Positions 29,216 to 36,364 of a DNA stretch of 44,330 nt are shown one piece after another. Position 1 is the first letter of the stretch; every line of letters starts with the position of its first letter. A program made the translations under genes and the position numbers. Under the pieces are notes generated by a model, which did not search any database, was not told the origin of the DNA, and worked only from the letters and a program-made list of their open reading frames with translations. The stretch comes from Candidatus Enterousia onthequi (GTDB taxonomy: Bacteria > Pseudomonadota > Alphaproteobacteria > Rs-D84), in contig JAGHVJ010000009.1 of the NCBI GenBank assembly GCA_018064365.1, forward strand, positions 1 through 44,330, written 5' to 3'.

Positions 29216-30655
29216 ATGAAACTAAGAAATCTTGCCTTTTTTGGCGTAATGGCGTCAATATTGGGCATTAACGGTGCATACGCAGACACCACAGACCCCG
29301 CAGTGATCATCGCATCCCAGGCATACGTCGATGCACAAAATGCACTTGATGAAAAAGTTGTAAACAAAGAAGCCGCCAATTATACAACTTTAAACGACAC
29401 TGTTAAAGGAAGCACAACAAAATACCCATCAATGAACACATTGACAACGGCAATTAATAGTGTGGATTTATCAGGTGCAGTAGCGAATTTAGACCTTGCC
29501 GCACAAACTGGTAACGGGGTTATAAAAACAGTTACCCAGACAAACGGTCAAGTTGCGGCAACCCGTGAACTGATCGGCACAAACGACATTGGCAACAGCG
29601 CAGTTACCATGCCAAAAACAGACTTCGTTATTCAGCAAGGTACATCCAAACAAGGATGGAATACGGCAAGCGACAGCAGCACAGATGGGGACGAAAAAGC
29701 ACTGGCCGAAGCATTAAAAGGAGCAGATAAATACGTTCCAACAGTTGGCGCAGTCGAAGTCCGCGTTAAAGACGCGATAGCCGAAGCAAAAGCAGCCATT
29801 CCATCAATCGGTAATGCTACCGTAAATGCAGATAGCGGCAAACTGGTAACTGGTGTTACAACGACAGCCGGTAAAGTAACCACCGTATCATCCAGCAAAG
29901 TTACCGATAGCTACATTGACGATAACACAATTAACGGAGGAAAATTGACAGCTGGAACGGTTACAAAGGCCAAATTAGACACCACAGTTCAAGCATCATT
30001 AGATTTGGCAGATAGCGCATTACAAGCAAGTGATATCAAAACAGGAACTGATGGCCTGGCAAGCACGACCAGCACAACAACCGCACCATCAGAAAAAGCC
30101 GTTGCTGACGAATTGGCAAAGAAAGCAGATATCGATGATGTCTACAGCACAGACGAGGCCGACAAAAAGTTCGAAGTAGTCGCTAATAAAGTAACAGCCA
30201 CTGAGTTTGATAGCAACGCAACTAGCGACACAAAATACCCAACCGTGGCAGCCGTCGCTGATAAATTAGTTACAAAAACTAATGCCTCTGACATATTAGA
30301 AGACAGCGAAACATGGGACGCATCTACAAATAATGCAAAAAGAAATATAGAATACCCATCTGTCGCCGCTGTCACAAAATACGTCGAAAATGCAACAAGT
30401 GGTAAGTTAAACAAAAATAAGGCAATTACCGCGCAAAACAACAGTATTGTAAACTATGATGCCAATGGTTTGGTAACTGGCGGAACGCTGTTAGAAGATG
30501 CAACAGGCGGTTTAACCGGTGTCAATGCCGAAAATGCTGGAAACATGGGATGTTCAGCAAGTAATCCATGTGTTTTGACATACTTGGGCGGTTCTGGCGA
30601 AGCAGCTAAATACCGTTGGACAGCCATGGACACAGACCAACTGACTGCACAATAA
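29216..30655 (+). CDS. Secreted Ala/Thr-rich fibre/adhesin-like protein with phage tail-fibre motifs
   Basis: Signal peptide MKLRNLAFFGVMASILGINGAYA; ASQAYVD; repeated YP(S/T)VAAV; VT.AKL; V..DANGLVTGG; C-terminal CSASNPCVLTY..YRW. Confidence 0.8.
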   Translation: MKLRNLAFFGVMASILGINGAYADTTDPAVIIASQAYVDAQNALDEKVVNKEAANYTTLNDTVKGSTTKYPSMNTLTTAINSVDLSGAVANLDLAAQTGNGVIKTVTQTNGQVAATRELIGTNDIGNSAVTMPKTDFVIQQGTSKQGWNTASDSSTDGDEKALAEALKGADKYVPTVGAVEVRVKDAIAEAKAAIPSIGNATVNADSGKLVTGVTTTAGKVTTVSSSKVTDSYIDDNTINGGKLTAGTVTKAKLDTTVQASLDLADSALQASDIKTGTDGLASTTSTTTAPSEKAVADELAKKADIDDVYSTDEADKKFEVVANKVTATEFDSNATSDTKYPTVAAVADKLVTKTNASDILEDSETWDASTNNAKRNIEYPSVAAVTKYVENATSGKLNKNKAITAQNNSIVNYDANGLVTGGTLLEDATGGLTGVNAENAGNMGCSASNPCVLTYLGGSGEAAKYRWTAMDTDQLTAQ

Positions 30656-30700
30656 AAAAACGATATACAAACAAGTATACCAAAAAAAACATGTTATTTC

Positions 30701-30730
30701 CCCAATCCCCGCCCCATGCGGGGATTTTTT
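30701..30730 (+). terminator. Terminator, directly repeated at 31552-31579
   Basis: aatccccgc-cccat-gcggggatt followed by a T tract. Confidence 0.8.
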
Positions 30731-30733
30731 GGC

Positions 30734-30770
30734 TTGACTTTTTATCTAAACTAATCTATCATTATGATAG
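30734..30770 (+). promoter_or_regulatory. TA promoter with overlapping operator palindrome
   Basis: TTGACT-17-TATCAT; CTATCAT-T-ATGATAG at 30756-30770. Confidence 0.65.
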
Positions 30771-30772
30771 TT

Positions 30773-31099
30773 ATGAATACAAAAGTTATAAAATTTCAGA
30801 AAAAACTATCGCCAACGGATGCCACAAACAAAATCCGCGAAATCGCAATGGATTCTGATAACATTATTATCACAAACCACACAATCGAACGGATGCAAGA
30901 ACGTGATTTTTCTATGCGCGATTTGTTAGAACTGTTGCGAAATGGATACGTCGATCAAGAACCTGAATATAATGCAGAAAAACAAGAATATAAATATAAA
31001 ATTGCACGTGTCGTCGATACCAGGACTGCCGCCGCAATAACAATCATAATGAAAAACGAAAAACTACTGGTAATAACAATAATGTGGAAGATATACTAA
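30773..31099 (+). CDS. DUF4258 RelE-like toxin
   Basis: IIITNHTIERMQERDFS..D....L.NG, YKYKI, LLVITIM; TAATG coupling to the next gene. Confidence 0.8.
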   Translation: MNTKVIKFQKKLSPTDATNKIREIAMDSDNIIITNHTIERMQERDFSMRDLLELLRNGYVDQEPEYNAEKQEYKYKIARVVDTRTAAAITIIMKNEKLLVITIMWKIY

Positions 31100-31551
31100 T
31101 GAAAAACAAATACCATTACACTTTATGCGGATTAAAAAACATATATCTAATGAATGGATACACAATGTCACACACCGATTACGGTGATGCTGTATCTATA
31201 CAAAATGTGGACAATTTGCACAAAATAATCGCAGAAACAATTATAAACAAACCAATGCGTTTATTGCCCGAAGAATTTAAATTCTTGCGCAAAGAAATGA
31301 AACTGACTCAGTCTATGCTGGCACAAATTTTTAATGTTTCTGACCAAACTGTTGCACGTATTGAAAAAGGCGAAACCAATGCCGATACCCCGTACGAGGC
31401 ACTATTTCGCGCATACGCAAACGAAATCATCAGTAAAAAACGCACAGAAATTGTCGCAGTAATCAATGAAATGAACGTTCAAAACGATGCAAAAAATCAC
31501 GAAATAATGATGCAACTGACTAAAAACAAATGGCAATTCCAAGTTGCTTAA
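31099..31551 (+). CDS. XRE-HTH antitoxin (MqsA/HigA-like)
   Basis: YHYTLCGLKNIYLMNGY; EFKFLRKEMKLTQSMLAQIFNVSDQTVARIEKG HTH. Confidence 0.82.
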   Translation: MKNKYHYTLCGLKNIYLMNGYTMSHTDYGDAVSIQNVDNLHKIIAETIINKPMRLLPEEFKFLRKEMKLTQSMLAQIFNVSDQTVARIEKGETNADTPYEALFRAYANEIISKKRTEIVAVINEMNVQNDAKNHEIMMQLTKNKWQFQVA

Positions 31552-31625
31552 CCCAATCCCCGCCCCCGCGGGGATTTTTATACCCCCACGACACCCCCAA
31601 CAAACAAAAACGCATCCGCGTTTTT

Positions 31626-31697
31626 GTGTCATCCGGGGCGGGAGTGAGATTTCTTTGGGGCATAGCGCAAGTTGAACTCCGTTCGCTCGCAATGACA
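31626..31697. repeat. GTCAT...ATGAC-bounded REP-like element
   Basis: Reverse complement tgtcattgcgagcgaacggagttcaacttg matches 1566-1595. Confidence 0.75.
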
Positions 31698-31964
31698 AAA
31701 AATACGAATTTTTCCATTAAAAAAATTCGTTGCATATACAAATTTTTACTTTTTTATGCCATAACACCAATTTTTTTACACGCCAAAACCCGCAGAAATC
31801 CGGAACAAAATATTTTTTTGAAAAAAAATGCATTTTTTTGAATTTTTTACTTGCGTATATACAAAGAAATTTACTATAAACATAATATAAAGATATTTTG
31901 GGGGGAGTATAAACCACAATACTACATCCAAATATCTTCACACACACAAACGAAGGAAAAGGAA

Positions 31965-33194
31965 ATGAAATTTTACAAACAGCCATGGATTGGCCTTGCA
32001 TTCTCTGTTTTTGCCGTTGGAAATGTATACGCTGATACCGTCATCGCGTCCAAGGACTATGTGGACAACGCCGTCGGCGCAAAACAGGATAAATTAACAA
32101 CAACAAATGTTATAACCAGTGGTACTGGTGATGTCGTTACAGGCGTCACCGCATCAGACGGAACTGTTACCGTCACAAAAGGCTCCATAGACGTCAGTGG
32201 CGCAGTATCCGATGGCACCAACGCTTTGGATTTAACATCCAGCACAACCAAGGCACCATCTGTAAAGGCCGTTTTAGGTGTAAAATCAACATCCGCACTG
32301 GCAACAAAAGATTCCACAAATGTCGTTACAATATCTGCTGGTGCCGACAACAAGGTTCCAACAACCAAGGCTGTTGCTGACACCCTCAAACTTTTAGACA
32401 GCAAAAAAGGCACCGATACAGCTGCTGTTTCCAAGGTAATAACAAATGTTTCGCAAACAGACGGTCAAGTAACCTATCAAGAAGGCACAATAGGCATTAA
32501 CGCCATAGCCAGCAGTGCAAAAGAAACAAACAATGTAGTAACATCAACAAACACAACAATATTACCAACTGTTGCCGGTGTCCAAGCCGGTATCGTAAAA
32601 CAAGGCACAGCCACCGCAGATTGGTCAACCGTCACCAGTTCTACCGAGGGCGCAAGCGCACAATTAAAGGCCATGGAAACCGCAACAAACCGAGATAGTT
32701 ATGTTCCAACCGTCGCCGCAGTTGAAAAACGTTTAAGTGGACTACAAGTCACATCCGCTATGATTCAAAACGGAACAATCGCAGAAGCAGACATCGGAAC
32801 AGGAGCCGTCACAAATGGAAAATTGGGTGCCGACGCAGTTACATCAGACAAAATCAAAAATGGCGAGGTAAAAACTAACGACATCGCAGATTTAAACGTC
32901 ACAACAGGCAAATTGGCCGCTGATGCAGTTACAAATGCAAAGTTGGCTGACAATGCTGTCCAAACAGAAAATGTCGTGGATAAAAGTTTAAAATATCAAA
33001 ATGACATGAATAACCCTGCTTTGTATGACATCAATACAGGCGCGGTTCCTGCAAGTGATGTTTGCACCAAAACAGCGCCATGCATGCTGACATATTACAA
33101 AGAAGGAGGCTATGTTTATACTCGCTGGACACCATTGGATGCCGATGGTTTGTCTGCGAATGCCGCCACAACTGACAAGGGTGCATCAATATAA
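31965..33194 (+). CDS. Secreted fibre/adhesin-like protein, paralog of 29216-30655
   Basis: Signal peptide ...GNVYA; IASKDYVDNAVGAKQDKL; VSQTDGQV; YVPTVAAVE; AVT..KLA decamer repeats; C-terminal CTKTAPCMLTY..TRW. Confidence 0.8.
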   Translation: MKFYKQPWIGLAFSVFAVGNVYADTVIASKDYVDNAVGAKQDKLTTTNVITSGTGDVVTGVTASDGTVTVTKGSIDVSGAVSDGTNALDLTSSTTKAPSVKAVLGVKSTSALATKDSTNVVTISAGADNKVPTTKAVADTLKLLDSKKGTDTAAVSKVITNVSQTDGQVTYQEGTIGINAIASSAKETNNVVTSTNTTILPTVAGVQAGIVKQGTATADWSTVTSSTEGASAQLKAMETATNRDSYVPTVAAVEKRLSGLQVTSAMIQNGTIAEADIGTGAVTNGKLGADAVTSDKIKNGEVKTNDIADLNVTTGKLAADAVTNAKLADNAVQTENVVDKSLKYQNDMNNPALYDINTGAVPASDVCTKTAPCMLTYYKEGGYVYTRWTPLDADGLSANAATTDKGASI

Positions 33195-33226
33195 TATAAA
33201 ACCTTTATTCTTTTAAGTTTGTTTGT

Positions 33227-33256
33227 GTCCCCATGTTTCAACATGGGGATTTTTGT
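33227..33256 (+). terminator. Intrinsic terminator
   Basis: gtccccatgtt-tc-aacatggggat followed by a T tract. Confidence 0.75.
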
Positions 33257-33313
33257 TTTATTTGAATATTCTAAAAACCTTTGTTATACTTATCACAAAA
33301 CAAAGGATTTTTT

Positions 33314-33661
33314 ATGAAACAATCTGGCAACCGTAATTCTCCACGTGGCAATCGTATCGCAGCCAAGGTTCAAACATTGGTGTCTGAAATTTTACGCGAT
33401 AAATATATGGACGACCCAATTTTATCTGGTGTTTCTTTATCTGGTGCTGATTCTCATGGTGGGTTGTCTTTTGTGCGGTTATATTTTTATTCTCATGGCG
33501 ACCGCGTTGCTGCACAAAAACGTCTGGACGACATTACCCGCGCTGTGCGATTTGAATTGGCGGCACGTATGAATCAAAAATATACTCCTGAAATTAAATT
33601 CGAATACGATGATACAATCGAACGCGCAGAACGCATCGAAACATTGTTGAAAAATTTATAA
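33314..33661 (+). CDS. rbfA: Ribosome-binding factor A
   Basis: R..RIA..V...VSEIL, KYTPEIKFEYDDTIERAERIETLL. Confidence 0.9.
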   Translation: MKQSGNRNSPRGNRIAAKVQTLVSEILRDKYMDDPILSGVSLSGADSHGGLSFVRLYFYSHGDRVAAQKRLDDITRAVRFELAARMNQKYTPEIKFEYDDTIERAERIETLLKNL

Positions 33662-33667
33662 ACTGTA

Positions 33668-34600
33668 TTACACTCGTTCAAATACAGAAAATATCTCCCA
33701 ATGCGATGCACCAACAAATTGGTCAACCGGTGTACATTTCGTCATTTTATATCCACCGCGTTCTAAAATCATTTTGTCCCGCAACCAAGTATCTGGATTG
33801 CACGATATATAAATTATCCGCAAAACTTTGGATTCTGCCAATATTTTTGATTGCGCCATTGCACCTGCGCGTGGTGGGTCCATAATCACAACATCGTATT
33901 CATTTAATTTATTCAGACTCAATGGACGTTTGAACAAATCACGCTGAACCCCAACCCCAGAAATATCAAAACCATCCGCCCCCGTCGCATAGGTAAAATT
34001 TCCCAGACCACAAAATAAATCTGCAACACGCGTCAAATCACCAACCGCACCAACCACCATATTGCGCAATATATTTTCTGTCGCCACAGTCGGCTGTAAA
34101 AACGCACCGTCTGGAAATTCCACCTCTTTCCCATCAAAAGAAATATATGGTTTGGCGTATTCACGCAACACAGTCCCGTTCCAAGTAAACCTGATTATCA
34201 TGGCCGATAACCGCTGAACGCATATCCTGAATTCCCCGGAACAATACGGAACATCGGACAAAACATTTACAACAACCCCATTATCACACAATGTCACCAA
34301 TACAGATGCCGCCCCACCCCATGGCAAAGCCGCTAAATCTGGTAATATCGCATTTATATCTGGCGCCATATTCGGACAATTCGTAATATCTATGATATCA
34401 CGCGAACCAGCACGATAAAATCCAAAATGCCCGTTTACCGCCGCAAAATCACCACGACGACGAATGCCCGGTGTTCCCCACACAGCGGATTCTGGATTCA
34501 CACCACGCGGCAAATTTTTCAATTTCTGGGCGCGATAATCCCCAGATGTAAAGTCATATTTACACCCACCACACAAACCAAAAAACGGACATTTTGTCAT
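33668..34600 (-). CDS. RlmD/TrmA-family RNA (uracil-5)-methyltransferase, lacking the TRAM domain
   Basis: CPFFGLCGGC Fe-S motif, AFLQ, DLFCGLGNF, MDPPRAG, YISCNP, VDQF..H.E. Confidence 0.88.
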   Translation of the reverse strand: MTKCPFFGLCGGCKYDFTSGDYRAQKLKNLPRGVNPESAVWGTPGIRRRGDFAAVNGHFGFYRAGSRDIIDITNCPNMAPDINAILPDLAALPWGGAASVLVTLCDNGVVVNVLSDVPYCSGEFRICVQRLSAMIIRFTWNGTVLREYAKPYISFDGKEVEFPDGAFLQPTVATENILRNMVVGAVGDLTRVADLFCGLGNFTYATGADGFDISGVGVQRDLFKRPLSLNKLNEYDVVIMDPPRAGAMAQSKILAESKVLRIIYISCNPDTWLRDKMILERGGYKMTKCTPVDQFVGASHWEIFSVFERV

Positions 34601-34678
34601 TATAAAACCTTTTGTTATGCACAAACTGTATCATAATTTTGGTTGATTCCAAATTATTTTCTGAATATCATATACATT

Positions 34679-35500
34679 ATGAAAACAGATTCAGATAAAA
34701 AAATTGCTTTATTCGCAGGTGCGTTATCTTTGCCTTTTTTGGCACGCGATGCGTTGCGCCGTGCGGGTTGGGACGTCTTTGTCATAGGAATAAAAAATTT
34801 CTATGACCCAAAATTAAATCCTGATTTAGTCATCAGATTAGGCGGCGCTGGACGTGCAGCACGCGAATGCAAAAAACGCGGCATTCGTAAATTGACATTT
34901 GTCGGCGCGTTGGGACATATAAATTTATCTGATATCCGACCAGATTTATGGTCGTTGGGGTTATTATTATCTGTATTAAAACATCAACGGGGGTATGATT
35001 CTATGGCGGTTGCATTTAACAAGGCATTGGAAAAACGCGGTTATGAAATTGTTGCGGCTCAGGATATCGCACCTGAATTGACTTTTGAAAAGCCGGGCGT
35101 CCAAACAAAAATAAAACCAACTGCGGACGATAACAAAGATATCGAACGCGCAATCAGTGTTTCACACGTTATTGGCGAACAAGATATCGGCGCATCTGTG
35201 GTTGTTGATTCACAAGTTTTTGCTGTCGAGGCTGCCGAAGGCACCGCCCGGATGCTGGAACGCGTAATCGAAATGCGCCGTTTTCGTCGTAAACGCATAT
35301 CTGGGGTATTTGCAAAAATGACAAAACCTGGCCAAGATTTGCGTATTGATATTCCTGCAATCGGCGTTGATACTGTCAAGGCGGTTGCCGCCGCAAAACT
35401 GCGCGGAATTGTGGTAAATGCGAAAACATGCTTTGTTATCGACAAACAGGCTGTATTGGATGCCGCAAACCAAGCAAAAATATTCATCATTGCAATATAA
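34679..35500 (+). CDS. lpxI: UDP-2,3-diacylglucosamine diphosphatase LpxI (DUF1009)
   Basis: IALFAG..SLP, DIG.SVVV, AVEAAEGT..ML.R, K..KPGQDLRIDIPAIG..T. Confidence 0.9.
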   Translation: MKTDSDKKIALFAGALSLPFLARDALRRAGWDVFVIGIKNFYDPKLNPDLVIRLGGAGRAARECKKRGIRKLTFVGALGHINLSDIRPDLWSLGLLLSVLKHQRGYDSMAVAFNKALEKRGYEIVAAQDIAPELTFEKPGVQTKIKPTADDNKDIERAISVSHVIGEQDIGASVVVDSQVFAVEAAEGTARMLERVIEMRRFRRKRISGVFAKMTKPGQDLRIDIPAIGVDTVKAVAAAKLRGIVVNAKTCFVIDKQAVLDAANQAKIFIIAI

Positions 35501-35502
35501 AA

Positions 35503-35531
35503 ATATGGGCGGCAAAAATTGCCACCCATAT
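35503..35531. terminator. Bidirectional terminator between convergent lpxI and the HTH gene
   Basis: atatgggcggcaa-aaa-ttgccacccatat. Confidence 0.65.
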
Positions 35532-35543
35532 CAACAAAAAAAC

Positions 35544-35771
35544 TTAATTCCCCATATGTTTTGTAAAATCGTGCAAATCCGTACTGGTCGCGCTTAGAAT
35601 CTTTGCAATACTGTTACTGGACGGCCAACGCGGCTGACCACATTTAGACCAACGTTTACTGCGATTAAATGTCGTTGCATCCAAACCACCGTTTCGCGCT
35701 AACCCAGAACAAGACATCCCGTGTTCAACAGCAAATTTTTCAATTGCACTCCATACTTCTTCATGAGTCAT
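35544..35771 (-). CDS. Alphaproteobacterial phage-repressor-like HTH protein, standalone (no S24 peptidase domain)
   Basis: THEEVWSAIE..A...GMS.SGLAR..GLD.TTFN.SKR...G.PRWPS..SIAK.L.AT. Confidence 0.85.
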   Translation of the reverse strand: MTHEEVWSAIEKFAVEHGMSCSGLARNGGLDATTFNRSKRWSKCGQPRWPSSNSIAKILSATSTDLHDFTKHMGN

Positions 35772-35934
35772 ACCATACCTCCATATATCTGATATGCTTT
35801 TTTATAATTTTATAGTACACCAAACAAACCTTCTAGACGAACGTTTTCCCAGGATTTCCGGCACAAAAAATTATACGAAAAAATTTTTTGACAAAAACAC
35901 TTGACAAATCAAATAAAATGTATTACATTACGAT

Positions 35935-36138
35935 TCGTCAAAGGGATTAATCCATTTGATTTCAGTTATCAACGATAGCTGAACGGGGCCCAGGGATTCA
36001 GACTCCCTCCTACATTCTCTCTCCTCTGGACCTTGGACCCCAAACCTTTTTATACAGTTTAGAATGCCCGTTTCTTTTTCTCCTTTCCTTCCTTTCTGGG
36101 CATTCGAAAATACCGCCGGCAACGGCGATATTTTTTTT
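35935..36138 (+). ncRNA. Candidate ~200-nt sRNA with five hairpins and C/U-rich anti-SD loops (cuckoo/AbcR-like)
   Basis: TTGACA-17-TACATT promoter (35901-35929); consecutive stems; loops CUCCCUCCU and UCUCCUUUCCUUCCU; GCAA-loop terminator followed by U8. Confidence 0.65.
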
Positions 36139-36154
36139 ATAGAAAAAGCAGAAC

Positions 36155-36364
36155 AATCAAATTATATGCGGGGATTGGAAGTGTCTGACGATTTGCAGTG
36201 TATTAGACATACATAAAAATCGGAAAACGCGACAAGTCCCCATTAAATCTTAAATGATAAAAATCAAATTATATGCGGGGATTGGAAGCGTTTGACGATT
36301 TGCAGTGTATTAGACATACATAAAAATCGAAAAACGCGACAAGTCCCCATATAATTTGATTTTT
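36155..36364. repeat. Tandem pair of family D structured elements
   Basis: aatcaaattatatgcggggattggaag...gcagtgtattagacatacataaaaatcg...gcgacaagtccccat occurs twice; the second copy has the full terminal IR. Confidence 0.88.

Noticed and set aside
24027..33194. Prophage (integrase, tail-fibre-like genes, TA)
   Set aside because: The integrase lacks catalytic motifs, the fibres have Sec signal peptides, housekeeping genes are interleaved, and there are no capsid, terminase or lysis genes.
35928..36122. 64-aa minus-strand ORF
   Set aside because: It has a weak start, no SD and low-complexity sequence; the + strand promoter, hairpins and terminator better support an sRNA.
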